Positions 18,236 to 27,916 of a stretch of 44,522 nucleotides of DNA are shown one piece after another. Positions within the stretch are counted from its first letter, which is position 1. Every line of letters starts with the position of its first letter. Position numbers and translations under genes: made by a program. The notes beneath the pieces are model-generated. The model searched no databases and was not told the DNA's origin. It worked only from the letters and a program-made list of their open reading frames with translations. Location of the stretch: UHGV virus genome UHGV-0355499, one strand, 5' to 3'. This DNA is from a virus.

Positions 18236-18434
18236 ATCAAAGCAATGTGAGGCTCTTCGCCGGGCTGGAATTTTCTTCATGGAAAGGGCTGACGGACACC
18301 CAAAAACAACCTGGGGCCATTTCATGAACCCAATAAAATTTCGCAATTTACAGGAGGTGACGACGCGAAAAGATGATGAACCTGATTTTGGAGCAATATT
18401 TAATGGCCGGAAAGAGAAAGAACCCAGCAGATAA
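18171..18434 (+). CDS. excisionase-like (Xis) DNA-binding protein
   Basis: 87-aa ORF immediately upstream of and overlapping int; segment ITREEMVELTG...CEALRRAGIFF resembles lambda/HK022 Xis winged-helix region. Confidence 0.45.
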   Translation: MKSDHDIITREEMVELTGSPLKSKQCEALRRAGIFFMERADGHPKTTWGHFMNPIKFRNLQEVTTRKDDEPDFGAIFNGRKEKEPSR

Positions 18435-19419
18435 CTGGATGCCGCCTCGTGTTTACCAGGGCAAAGCGGCCTACGAATTCAGGAATAAAGATAACAAAGC
18501 GATACGCCTGTGCGCATTGGATGCACCACGATCAGCCGTATGGCTGGCATATGAAAAAGCGGTCGGTGACGAAAAAGAAAGAAATACTTTTCAGGCGCTC
18601 ACGGAACAATTCATGACCTCCCCTGATTTTATGGATTTGGCAGTCGAAACCCGGAAAGACTACACAAAATATTCCGGAAAAGTTCTGCCTGTCTTCGGGA
18701 AGATCGACCCGGATAAAATCAAACCTGAACATATTCGGCGCTATATGGATCAACGCGGTTTATCAAGCCGAACTCAGGCAAACAGGGAAAAAAGCTTTAT
18801 GTCCCGGGTATTCCGTTGGGGTTATGAACGAGGTTATGTTCAGAGGAATCCTTGTCAGGGAGTTAAACAGTTTAAAGAGAAAGCTCGCGAACGTTATATT
18901 ACGGATGAAGAATATCAGGCCGTTTATGAAGTGTCTCCTGATGTTGTTCGCGTAGCAATGGAGATTGCCTACTTATGCGTGGCCAGACAGAGTGATGTAC
19001 TTTCATTGCAGAAAGACCAGCTGTTCGATTCCGGGATCTACATTCGTCAGGGAAAAACCGGCGTTAAGCAAATCAAAGCCTGGTCGCCTCGTCTGCAGAA
19101 AGCGATAGCTCTGGCTCGTTCTCTGCCATTAAAAACGGGAATCAGTAGCCTGTTTGTGATTCATCAAACTACCGGTGGCAAGTATACCCGTGATGGTTTT
19201 AACTCTCGTTGGCGTGATGTCAAAGCGGCAGCACAGGAAAAATATCCTCATCTGCAAATAGACTTCACATTTCATGATCTGAAAGCAAAAGGTATCTCTG
19301 ATCTGGAAGGCAGCCTGGAAGAGAAGCAAGCAATTTCCGGGCATAAGAACCCGCGACAGACAGCAGCATATGACCGGAAAGTTAAAGTAGTGCCCGTAGT
19401 TGGTGGCCAGAGAAAATGA
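18403..19419 (+). CDS. tyrosine-type site-specific integrase
   Basis: Phage integrase family; C-terminal catalytic region with HDLKAKG and GHKNPRQTAAYDR; adjacent to tRNA-derived att core; ORF-track start 18373, likely ATG ~18403 (MAGKRKNPADN). Confidence 0.85.
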   Translation: MAGKRKNPADNWMPPRVYQGKAAYEFRNKDNKAIRLCALDAPRSAVWLAYEKAVGDEKERNTFQALTEQFMTSPDFMDLAVETRKDYTKYSGKVLPVFGKIDPDKIKPEHIRRYMDQRGLSSRTQANREKSFMSRVFRWGYERGYVQRNPCQGVKQFKEKARERYITDEEYQAVYEVSPDVVRVAMEIAYLCVARQSDVLSLQKDQLFDSGIYIRQGKTGVKQIKAWSPRLQKAIALARSLPLKTGISSLFVIHQTTGGKYTRDGFNSRWRDVKAAAQEKYPHLQIDFTFHDLKAKGISDLEGSLEEKQAISGHKNPRQTAAYDRKVKVVPVVGGQRK

Positions 19420-19481
19420 ATGATGATGCGTCCAGAGAAAAATCATCTTCGGACGCATCTTCGGAAATGAGAAAGAAGATA

Positions 19482-19506
19482 CAAAAAAACCACCCGAAGG
19501 TGGTTT
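19482..19506 (-). terminator. intrinsic terminator positioned as tRNA terminator
   Basis: Hairpin ACCACC-CGAA-GGTGGT followed on the - strand by a U7 run, ~45 nt downstream of the tRNA 3' CCA end. Confidence 0.4.
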
Positions 19507-19549
19507 CACGACACTGCTTATTGCTTTGATTTTATTCTTATCTTTCCCA

Positions 19550-19604
19550 TGGTACCCGGAGCGGGACTTGAACCCGCACAGCGCGAACGCCGAGGGATTT
19601 TAAA
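19550..19604 (-). other. tRNA-Leu(UAA)-like 3' fragment (~55 nt, anticodon loop to CCA): phage attachment core at the junction of the two prophages
   Basis: Minus-strand sequence TTTAAAATCCCTCGGCGTTCGCGCTGTGCGGGTTCAAGTCCCGCTCCGGGTACCA matches the 3' part of a class II tRNA-Leu; the 5' half (D-arm, acceptor 5' strand) is absent. Confidence 0.75.
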
Positions 19605-19825
19605 TTGGTCGCTTTGTGCAATAAATTCAAATAATTATGGCAAATTATCCGGACATAATGGTGTGTATGAATATCAAATAATCATATAGTTACGACGCGT
19701 CTTACTCATCGTCTTCTGAAGGTTTTTGGCAAAAATGGTGATGTTCTGCGCCTTTATGTGACCAAACTGTCAGGAGCAAAGCGAGGTAAAGGGGTATGAG
19801 AAAAACTCACATACCCCAACACAAA

Positions 19826-20245
19826 TTAAAACGCGGTTGGGTGAATTCCATATTCACCGTTTGATCCATACCCTATGCGATACATCAAAGTACGATCTGT
19901 TGTCACCTTGCCCGCTTGTTCGCTCATGCCACCACCACATACTCCTTTTGGCCACGCGCTGAAGACATGATCACCAATCGTTGGGTATACAACGACTTTC
20001 TGAGCTGTACCTAAATCTGCCACCTCTTTACCATCAACATAAACACGGGAAAAACACGCGCTTCCAAAGAAACCCGAGTCACGCTTGATGATCACCTCTC
20101 CCGTACCGTCTCGTTTTTCGAGTAACGCGGTACTGATAATTTGTTTTTCAGGAACAGGAGTGGCTTGTTCATTTGAGACAGGTTTTGTAGCACAACCGAC
20201 AAGAGCAAGCATAATCCCACAGGCAAGACCATTTTTAACGACCAT
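19826..20245 (-). CDS. hypothetical lipoprotein (cargo gene at prophage end)
   Basis: 139-aa ORF with signal peptide and lipobox (LALVGC); between tail gene D and the att core. Confidence 0.5.
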   Translation of the reverse strand: MVVKNGLACGIMLALVGCATKPVSNEQATPVPEKQIISTALLEKRDGTGEVIIKRDSGFFGSACFSRVYVDGKEVADLGTAQKVVVYPTIGDHVFSAWPKGVCGGGMSEQAGKVTTDRTLMYRIGYGSNGEYGIHPTAF

Positions 20246-20682
20246 GTTTGAAAACTCCCAATATTAAAAATATGTCAGCATCTAACGATAACAACGTTCA
20301 GCACCAGAGACTCTTCGTTCTCCGGCTTACGCCTAAAAATATCGCAGGTGCCGTTTGCAGTCGACATCTGTTAATACTAAATTCATACCGCCACCGGCTC
20401 GCCGAGCCCATTTACTCCAGAGACAGCCGAACCGAAAAACCGTTTTCAGCGAGCGTCAGACTCAGTGTGTTGATAGTCCAGTCCCGGTCCTCCTCGGTCC
20501 CGAAACCTTGAGTTGTGACTTTGCATTCTGCTGTCAGCGACACTAAATCGAGCGTCGCTGGCGTCGTGTACGTCATAGAGAACTCTTTTTTAGCTGCACC
20601 GCCCTTGAGCCCTGGTGCAGCTTCTTTCGCTGCGTCGAGCGACGGCTCAACTGCCGGCCATTCAATGACAGGATCGCCGCCA

Positions 20683-21456
20683 CTACCTTGTCCGCAATTC
20701 TTTGATCTGCCCAGTTGCTGTGTCGTGATATTTAATCAGATACGTCGGTTCCGGATTTTCGCCACCGCTACCACTATCGCCACTTTGTCCATTTCTCGAA
20801 TAGCCCCAGCTGGAGTTATCACGACGAGTTAGCGTGTAGTGCTGGAGCGGAGCACCGCTAACAGATTCGCCCGCGCCGCGCGGCAGGAATATCCAGTACC
20901 CGCCCGCGGGTTTACTCACCGCATCGAATCTCGTTGCGAGCCGCGACATCAGGTGCATATCTGACTCGCCGACCTGATCGAGTTGCGTGATAACATTGTC
21001 TGCAAACCGCTTTGATACGCGTGGTTTTAGCCCATTATCGCTCGCTATTGTCGCAACGATATCGCTGACAGTGACGTCGCTCCAGGAACGAGTCTTTTTG
21101 CTCTGAACTGTCGGAGATCCTTTTGCTGCGTTCATCGGAGCCGCTTTTGCTGTGAAATCAACTACCCGGGGTTCACCGCCACTGCTAGCACCGTCAACGA
21201 TGTATATCCCTTTATCAATTATCTGATTACCGAAACCGAGCCCAATACTGATTTTTACTCCGCGGGCCGGAATTTTCAGAGTTTCAGAAACTATTGCTAC
21301 GCGGAGTTCGTCTGTCTGTTTACTGGAGCCGCCGTAATCTGTCAGCGTGATATTGATCAAACCTTTTCTTATTTTATCCGTGATGTTTTTATTATCAGCA
21401 GATATATAAAAATTAGGTTTCCACGCCTCCACGCCAGTATTTACGTAATCACTCAT
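20683..21456 (-). CDS. P2 gpD-like tail protein (late control D family), possibly C-terminally truncated
   Basis: N-terminal similarity to P2 gpD (LINITLTDYGG...DELRVAIV); 257 aa versus ~390 aa recalled for P2 gpD; ~430 nt without ORF follows. Confidence 0.65.
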   Translation of the reverse strand: MSDYVNTGVEAWKPNFYISADNKNITDKIRKGLINITLTDYGGSSKQTDELRVAIVSETLKIPARGVKISIGLGFGNQIIDKGIYIVDGASSGGEPRVVDFTAKAAPMNAAKGSPTVQSKKTRSWSDVTVSDIVATIASDNGLKPRVSKRFADNVITQLDQVGESDMHLMSRLATRFDAVSKPAGGYWIFLPRGAGESVSGAPLQHYTLTRRDNSSWGYSRNGQSGDSGSGGENPEPTYLIKYHDTATGQIKELRTR

Positions 21457-21459
21457 TCA

Positions 21460-21684
21460 TCAATCCCATAATTGCGTTTCTTTTTTAACCGGCTCTGGTT
21501 CGATATCTGGTAAAACAATTTTTTCTCCAGCACGAAACACGGCACACATATCCGTTACGCCGTAATTCGAAACCTGATATAAAACAGTCTCTGTCGTTTT
21601 TGACGCTCTCCCGTAGACCGCAAGGCAGATCTGATCGAGACGGTCACCGTCCCGTGTAGTGTATGTAATCATTTGGGGCCCCAT
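21460..21684 (-). CDS. P2 gpX-like tail protein X
   Basis: 74-aa ORF; RLDQICLAVYGR...TETVLYQ...IVLPDIEP...TQLWD parallels P2 gpX. Confidence 0.75.
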   Translation of the reverse strand: MGPQMITYTTRDGDRLDQICLAVYGRASKTTETVLYQVSNYGVTDMCAVFRAGEKIVLPDIEPEPVKKETQLWD

Positions 21685-21845
21685 TAATTAAAAGGATTTC
21701 ATAATGAGAATTAATTTTAGTAGTCGGAGAGGTATTAGTATTTCGGCGTCAAAAAAAATACCATCAGGTTGTTTTACATTTATGTTCGTAGTTTTTTTTA
21801 TTATTTTTATACTTGTTAAGTGCTCTGGTAGCGCTTGATTTTGTA

Positions 21846-22274
21846 TTAATCTAGCGAAGCTCCATAATATTCGAGCGTGAGTGAAAAGTCCTGCGATTTA
21901 GGTGTTCCGCCCATCAAAAAGCTGTTTTGCGTTTCAGTTAGTTCTCGCAGCACCCAGTACCCTTTCACCTCCCCGGTCCCCAGCACTAGCTGCTGGGGTT
22001 CTCCCGTGTTCCCGAGCGCTCGCAAATCTGTCAACAGGCCGACGCCGCACCCGTCAAGAAATAAAGCGTTTATCTTTCCATCGATAGTAATTGTGGGGTT
22101 CGGTCGTCCGGTTATCTGCAACGCGTCGTTTTTCCCGAATCGTGTTTGCTGAGCCCAGCGCCAGGCGTCACTACGTTGCAGTTTGTTGTACGCTACTGTT
22201 GATATAGCAAAAATGAAATCACCCAGGCCGAGCATGATATCCTCAGCACCGTTTATTGCATCACTCATTGTCAC
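21846..22274 (-). CDS. P2 gpU-like tail protein
   Basis: 142-aa ORF between tape-measure and X/D genes; size and position match P2 gpU. Confidence 0.6.
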   Translation of the reverse strand: MTMSDAINGAEDIMLGLGDFIFAISTVAYNKLQRSDAWRWAQQTRFGKNDALQITGRPNPTITIDGKINALFLDGCGVGLLTDLRALGNTGEPQQLVLGTGEVKGYWVLRELTETQNSFLMGGTPKSQDFSLTLEYYGASLD

Positions 22275-23911
22275 CCCGCCGCAGCTGGTTTATCAAACAT
22301 CGCGCCACGATTGTACGAACTCGCAGCCTGTCTCAGTCCATCGAGCACCCCCGACGCTGCAGATTGTTGTATTGACTGCGGATCTGTCGCACCGACAATA
22401 TTGATTTCGATTTTATTGTTTTGCTCCGGCGCAGGTGTCGAGACTGCCTGCTTCAACGTATCAATATTTAACGTCGACGAATCCAGTGCTGCAGGCGCGG
22501 TATTTTTATTTACCATCCCGGATAATGGATTAACAAACGCGAGCATTGATTCTGCCTGAGATTTTGCCTGTTCTTGCCGTTCTGGATGCCGCATATTTTC
22601 GACAGCCTCTTCGGCTTTTGCCTTCGCAATATTATCAGCAGTCAATCCAGCGTTCGGTGAATATTTACCTCCCGAATCCATAAACTCTTGATATGCCCGA
22701 TTATATTCGTCATTATAAGTTTTCTGTTCTTCATCTGATTTTTCATCCGGAATAAGCCACTCCAGTTTCTTTACGACAGCCCATATAATCTTCCCGAATT
22801 TGACGCAACCTTCTCCAAAATTGACGATGCCATCCCACATTTTTTTCATATTTTCTGGTTTTACCCACTCAGTAATTGTGCTGACAAAACCACCCTGATT
22901 ATCCTTAAACCAGGATGTAAATGTTTCACGTACTGAGTCAAACGTCGGCGCGAGTTCCCCCCCGATTTTACCGAGTGTATCTGCAAGTCCCGACGTAATA
23001 GAGCCCCACAGATTTGTCACTGATACATGCGCACGCGCCGCCCCTTCCGCACCCTCTTTTGTTAACAAATTCGACTTTTGCGCGTCAGACATTGTCTGTT
23101 CCCAGCTTTTACCCGTCGCCTTCATATACGTCATGATCTTATTAGCCTCGCCCCCCATGAGCTGGTCAGCGAGGCTCGCCGCTTGCTTCTCATCTTTCAT
23201 TTCAGAGATGCGACGCATAACCTCATTAAACTGTTTTTCCCGATCCCAGCCAGCCATTCGTTTTTTCGTCAGGCCAATTTGAAATAACATGGGATTCAGG
23301 CTTTTTTCGTTTCCGATTTCGCCGATTTTATTTGTAAGTTCTTCAGACAAATCCCCGATATTTTCGCCGTTCAGGCCCGCGGCTTTACCAATATTTTCCC
23401 ACGCAGCGTATTTTTCGACGCCAACGCCGTAGGACTTCGCCAGACCGAGTTTTTCTGACGTCTCTGCATTCATTGCCAGCGCACCAGCTGCAGCACCGCC
23501 AATGAGCCCTGCCGCGCCAAGTGTCCCCCATTTGATACCCCGCCCCGTAGCCCTCACCGCACCTGCGGCGGCTCGTCCGCCCCATTTTGCAGCTCCTTTT
23601 GCGCGACCCGTCCACTTCTCCAGCCGCTGTTTTTTAGCAAGTTGAGTATTCAGCGCCTCCTGGTCCTGCGTTGTCGCTTTTATTCGACGGTCCAGCTTTT
23701 GATACTGAGCAGATAAATCAGAAACGTCTTTACCTGCCAGTTTCATTGCTGCGATTTTGTCTTTTAATTTATCCTGACTTTTCGTTAATTTCCCGACAGT
23801 AGACGACGTCTGCCGAATCGCATCATTGAGTTCTGTTGTACCGCGACGAAACGACGGGTCTATTCGCCCACCGAATACAACCTGCGTTTTAAAGTTTTGA
23901 GAAATAGCCAT
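22271..23911 (-). CDS. tail tape measure protein
   Basis: 546-aa ORF, coiled-coil and Gly/Ala-rich segments, located after tail assembly chaperone gene. Confidence 0.7.
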   Translation of the reverse strand: MAISQNFKTQVVFGGRIDPSFRRGTTELNDAIRQTSSTVGKLTKSQDKLKDKIAAMKLAGKDVSDLSAQYQKLDRRIKATTQDQEALNTQLAKKQRLEKWTGRAKGAAKWGGRAAAGAVRATGRGIKWGTLGAAGLIGGAAAGALAMNAETSEKLGLAKSYGVGVEKYAAWENIGKAAGLNGENIGDLSEELTNKIGEIGNEKSLNPMLFQIGLTKKRMAGWDREKQFNEVMRRISEMKDEKQAASLADQLMGGEANKIMTYMKATGKSWEQTMSDAQKSNLLTKEGAEGAARAHVSVTNLWGSITSGLADTLGKIGGELAPTFDSVRETFTSWFKDNQGGFVSTITEWVKPENMKKMWDGIVNFGEGCVKFGKIIWAVVKKLEWLIPDEKSDEEQKTYNDEYNRAYQEFMDSGGKYSPNAGLTADNIAKAKAEEAVENMRHPERQEQAKSQAESMLAFVNPLSGMVNKNTAPAALDSSTLNIDTLKQAVSTPAPEQNNKIEINIVGATDPQSIQQSAASGVLDGLRQAASSYNRGAMFDKPAAAG

Positions 23912-24019
23912 CGATTTTCATGACCTCGTTTACATAGAAATTAAAAACCCGGTACGGCAGGTCCATTTGCGTATCGGGCGGGATGGCAAGTTTTTTCGCA
24001 ATAAACGGAATCAGAATAA

Positions 24020-24301
24020 CTATATCTGATGTCGGTCTTTCGGAGGCTTTACCAGTTCGTTAAATGCGGCCTCCATTTGATCGTAATCGCACGCAGGCAG
24101 TGCATATAAATCCTCACGCTCCAGATTTGCCAGGCGCGCCAGCATTGTCGCTGTCCGCTCTTCAAGACCACTTTTATCGTTACTGAACATAATGCGGTCG
24201 CGTAATTTTGGTTCGCGAATAGTAATTGTATCGCGGCTCTCCCCCTTAATAATAAACGGGCGAGAGAGCGTAATAGTCATACTGTCTAATAATGATTCCA
24301 T
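24020..24301 (-). CDS. tail assembly chaperone (P2 gpE-like)
   Basis: 93-aa ORF between tail tube and tape measure genes; ~108-nt gap downstream could hold a frameshift extension (E'). Confidence 0.55.
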   Translation of the reverse strand: MESLLDSMTITLSRPFIIKGESRDTITIREPKLRDRIMFSNDKSGLEERTATMLARLANLEREDLYALPACDYDQMEAAFNELVKPPKDRHQI

Positions 24302-24313
24302 TTTATTTGCCTT

Positions 24314-24826
24314 TTAATATACATGGAGAATACGAGCAACGCCCGCAAGAACGTCAACACCATTAATTACTCGTTTCATTTTTGCAGGATGAATCTCGTA
24401 AATAATTTTTCCATTTTGAACTCGTTTATAATAGCTCGGCGCAATCGTTACTGATTGCCCAACTGCTGATTTTGAATCAGTCCCCTGCGCGTCATCAGTA
24501 ATCGCCGTAATAAGCCCCTCATATGTATCAATACGTTCAAAATTGACACCGTAATTGTCAGTATATGCACTTCGAATTTCGAACCTTGTTTTAGCACCTG
24601 GTATTAATCCCAAATACCCCATCACACCAGAATCGGAGCCAGAGACTTTAAAACTGGCTGACATTTTCTCCATTCCCCCGTCCAGAGTGATAGCTGTATC
24701 CATAGCGCCCGTCTTAAAATCATCTTCGATTATTTTCATATCGACGGGAGTGTATTCAGTGCAATTTAAAACTCGTTCTCCCTGGACGAACAACGCAAAT
24801 GCACGATAGGTGTTACTATCTGCCAT
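24314..24826 (-). CDS. major tail tube protein (P2 FII-like)
   Basis: 170-aa ORF immediately downstream of sheath gene; size and position match P2 FII. Confidence 0.75.
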   Translation of the reverse strand: MADSNTYRAFALFVQGERVLNCTEYTPVDMKIIEDDFKTGAMDTAITLDGGMEKMSASFKVSGSDSGVMGYLGLIPGAKTRFEIRSAYTDNYGVNFERIDTYEGLITAITDDAQGTDSKSAVGQSVTIAPSYYKRVQNGKIIYEIHPAKMKRVINGVDVLAGVARILHVY

Positions 24827-24843
24827 ATCAATTCTCCAGATTA

Positions 24844-26346
24844 TTAGACTGTTTCTTTAAAAAGAGAGGCCAGAGCTTCAACTGTGTAATCATTATTAAT
24901 GCGGTACATTAACGTAATTGTTTGTGCCGGGGATTTCGGTCCAAAGTCAACATTAATATAAAGATTACCAGCGGCCAGACTTTCTTTTGTATTTAACTCT
25001 TCATCTAACCACGCCCGTCCTCCGTTAATCGCGCCCTGCTCCTCTAATTTATGCAGATACGCGTTTATCGACTCTACAACGTCTGTTCCGAGGTGCAGGT
25101 CTATCGGGCGATCAATAAAATCGGTCATCATTGCCCGGGCTATTGAATCCTCAATTACGTCAGCTGTCCGACGAACGCATTCAAAGGACCATTGGGGACT
25201 GAGGCTACACAGATAGTTACCCCAGTGTCTGAATCCATCATAGCGAATAATTGTGCTGACCTGGCTGGCGTTCAGCAGATTTGCTGTGCAGTTCGTTTCA
25301 CCGATTATAAAATCATCGACTTGTTCGAGTCCTGTAATTCCGTAGATATTTTGATTCGATTTGCTCCACCAAAACCCTTTTTCGTTATCAATTCTGGCTC
25401 GTAAACCAGCAGCGATAGCTGAATACGGACGAGATAAACCACTAACATCACTCGTAGAATAAACACGAGGGCGCAGAATTTCCATTCTGCCGCCGTACCT
25501 CTGACGACGATTTACAACGTCAGCAGGCGTAGCGCCTCGCGGTGAATCGATATATCCAACGCCTCGTAATTTATTTGTCACCACTTCAAGTTGTTCTGCA
25601 ATATAATCGTTAGCACTATAATCTGGAGCGATTAAAATTCTCGGCGTTACTTGATTTATTTGCGCAGACGTCAACAATGCGTTAATCCCGTTAACGACGT
25701 TCTGCCGCATTTTTGTTTCGTCGCTGTCCTCTTCGACGCGGACAACAACAATAATGGCATCCTCCTGATTTAGTATTTCAGATACAGCGGGAGGAAGGGT
25801 TCCAGACCCACCGAGCAATCCAGCTTTTTTTTGACTGCCTGCAATTAACGTCGGAACATTATATTTGAACGATTCGTCTTTACCACCGGATAAATTTGTT
25901 GGGGGGAGCGCGAATACAGTCCCCGTTCCTGCGTGATCACCACCGAATGTGACGTTAATATATTCTCCAATCTGGAGTCCTTCTTTATACTGCTGGTTCT
26001 GATCGTACATTTTTGACGGGGTCATGGCACCGTCCGTGATCATTGTTAATTTTCTCGAACCGTCGGGCAGTGTGCTGTATCCTGGAGTTGCTACATTCCC
26101 GTTAATTCCCAAATCAACAATTTCAACAATCCAGTTGTTTCCGTCGGCCCCTGGCATGACAGTCGAAAACTCAACAAGATTGTCTGCGAGCTCTGATCCC
26201 CATAATAGTGATGCACAAGTTGGGTAGCTGGAATCGGGAGCAGTACCAACAATCCCAATCACGGAAATATCTACTGTGTTGATCTCTTTTGTGCCGTCGT
26301 CGTATTCGAGCGTGCGAATACCGTGTAAAAAATTAGTTACGCTCAT
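24844..26346 (-). CDS. contractile tail sheath protein (P2 FI-like)
   Basis: 500-aa ORF; C-terminal conserved sheath region (PRILIAPDYS...GFWWSK...RYDGFRHWGN...YINVDF). Confidence 0.8.
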   Translation of the reverse strand: MSVTNFLHGIRTLEYDDGTKEINTVDISVIGIVGTAPDSSYPTCASLLWGSELADNLVEFSTVMPGADGNNWIVEIVDLGINGNVATPGYSTLPDGSRKLTMITDGAMTPSKMYDQNQQYKEGLQIGEYINVTFGGDHAGTGTVFALPPTNLSGGKDESFKYNVPTLIAGSQKKAGLLGGSGTLPPAVSEILNQEDAIIVVVRVEEDSDETKMRQNVVNGINALLTSAQINQVTPRILIAPDYSANDYIAEQLEVVTNKLRGVGYIDSPRGATPADVVNRRQRYGGRMEILRPRVYSTSDVSGLSRPYSAIAAGLRARIDNEKGFWWSKSNQNIYGITGLEQVDDFIIGETNCTANLLNASQVSTIIRYDGFRHWGNYLCSLSPQWSFECVRRTADVIEDSIARAMMTDFIDRPIDLHLGTDVVESINAYLHKLEEQGAINGGRAWLDEELNTKESLAAGNLYINVDFGPKSPAQTITLMYRINNDYTVEALASLFKETV

Positions 26347-26732
26347 TTTATTCCTTCTCTATTTTCACCAATTCGCGTCGCTATTGCTTCTTTAAGCTCG
26401 GCCAAATTTTCGATTTGCGCGTCAGATGCGGTTCCGGCATCTACTGCACACTGAATTGAGAATGCCTCAATTGACAGATCGCCAACAGTCCGTAATGTAG
26501 TCTGGAGTTTTTGCGTCTGCTCTTTTTTTACAAATTTAGAAATGCTCCCATAATCCCCGCTCAGCGCTCTTTCATATAAAACCCTACCGTGTTCCTCGCA
26601 ATCATTTTTCATTGCGGTGAATGGAATGTCGTTTCCAATCCCGTCAATATCGCAAATAATATTTATAGATAACCCATGCTCGTCATTAAAAACAGGGTTT
26701 GTTATTTTTCTAAATGAATCAACGCTTATCAT
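26343..26732 (-). CDS. putative tail fibre assembly protein
   Basis: 129-aa ORF immediately downstream of tail fibre gene. Confidence 0.4.
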   Translation of the reverse strand: MISVDSFRKITNPVFNDEHGLSINIICDIDGIGNDIPFTAMKNDCEEHGRVLYERALSGDYGSISKFVKKEQTQKLQTTLRTVGDLSIEAFSIQCAVDAGTASDAQIENLAELKEAIATRIGENREGIK

Positions 26733-27916
26733 TACGCAATCCTAATAGCTAAAAAACAGGCAGTCCCAATATCACCGACTCCACCGGGTGAATACGCCAT
26801 GGCTCGCCATGAGCCAATAAGTGGTGTGTCATAAAATGGTTTTGTGGCAATATCCGTGTTATATGAACCGGTATTATTTATACTAGCGTAATATAAATCC
26901 CCTCCAGCCCATATGGAGCCCGGGAGTATTTGTGGTGCATGATTAATAGCGACAAGCGCATAAGTACCAACCGCGCCAACAACACCTATTTCCGGTGATG
27001 GGTCCGGTGAAAGACTTATATCTATGTTGCCATTTTCATCCGGCGACTCCCCGTTAATCGTTTTAACCGGTTTAAGATTAGCCTCATTCCAGTATTTATA
27101 CGTCTGCCCGCCGCACAGTAACACCAGGCCATCATAGTGAACTCCGCGTAATCTATAAAAAACCTTCTGATTGTTTTCTCCACGGGTCGAAAAATCTAAA
27201 TAATCGCCCGACACATCTGATAAACCAGCAAATGAAAACAACGTCAAATCAGTGCCCGGTTTGTTTATATTTATTTGTTTTTTAGAGGATAAAACGTCTT
27301 CAAAAATCACATCATCTTTAAAAGTATTTGGATGAGTAAATGCATTACCCTTATCTCTATATGCAACGTCCCCATCTATACCAATATTTTTCCGCGCAGC
27401 CTGCTGAGCAGTTTCACCATTTGCGGGAATTTCAGATAAGTTTTTACTTATCTGCAAATATTTTTTGTCAGCTTCCTCGGGAGTTACGTAGTTGTCATAT
27501 ACTACAACATTAACCGTAGATGTGCTGGACACCGCGAGTGTGTATTTATACGTGATTGAAATCAGCGCACCGTTGCTGTCCGTAGGTTTTAAAATGTCCG
27601 GCGAGCGCGCCACAGAGTACAGCTCGCCTTTATCTGTTAATATCCCCACCTCACGGATAGTATAGCCCCCAGTGTCTGGCGGTACGTAAAGTGTAAAGAT
27701 AACCTGGTTACCGCTATTTTCTGCGGATTTAATATCCCCACGATACGTCTCGTGAATTAATGCAGTTCGTGCCGGGTCCGGTGTTACGTCGTCGTTTCCG
27801 TTTGCGTCGCCAATAACGAATTTATTCAGCACCACGGGTACACCCGATGCCAGCGCAGCGGCTTCAAGTTGTGCGCCACGGTCTGTCAGTACTGCGTAAA
27901 TTTTATTTTCAGCCAT
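26732..27916 (-). CDS. tail fibre protein (P2 gpH-like N-terminus)
   Basis: 394-aa ORF; N-terminal region (IYAVLTDRGAQLEAAALASG...LIHETYRG) resembles conserved gpH N-terminal domain. Confidence 0.65.
   Translation of the reverse strand: MAENKIYAVLTDRGAQLEAAALASGVPVVLNKFVIGDANGNDDVTPDPARTALIHETYRGDIKSAENSGNQVIFTLYVPPDTGGYTIREVGILTDKGELYSVARSPDILKPTDSNGALISITYKYTLAVSSTSTVNVVVYDNYVTPEEADKKYLQISKNLSEIPANGETAQQAARKNIGIDGDVAYRDKGNAFTHPNTFKDDVIFEDVLSSKKQININKPGTDLTLFSFAGLSDVSGDYLDFSTRGENNQKVFYRLRGVHYDGLVLLCGGQTYKYWNEANLKPVKTINGESPDENGNIDISLSPDPSPEIGVVGAVGTYALVAINHAPQILPGSIWAGGDLYYASINNTGSYNTDIATKPFYDTPLIGSWRAMAYSPGGVGDIGTACFLAIRIA

Larger units (their letters stand above)
1..19604. mobile_element. 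Prophage A (lambdoid/Rac-like early, immunity, replication and recombination modules plus accessory region; possibly defective; left boundary outside window)
   Basis: Contiguous phage gene families (Mor-like, antirepressor, DnaB-like helicase, Cro/CI pair, Gp157-like, Xis-like, tyrosine integrase) ending at a tRNA-Leu 3' fragment next to int; no head/tail genes seen. Confidence 0.7.

Noticed and set aside
19550-19640. Intact tRNA-Leu gene on the minus strand
   Set aside because: Only the 3' ~55 nt (anticodon loop to CCA) match a tRNA; the expected acceptor 5' strand and D-arm are absent at the required distance, so it is annotated as an att-core fragment rather than a tRNA gene.
20246-20682. 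Pseudogene call for a gpD C-terminal remnant
   Set aside because: No frame in this segment gives an obviously gpD-like translation by eye, and my base-level reading near 20683-20700 disagrees by one nucleotide with the supplied ORF track, so a pseudogene claim would be unsafe.
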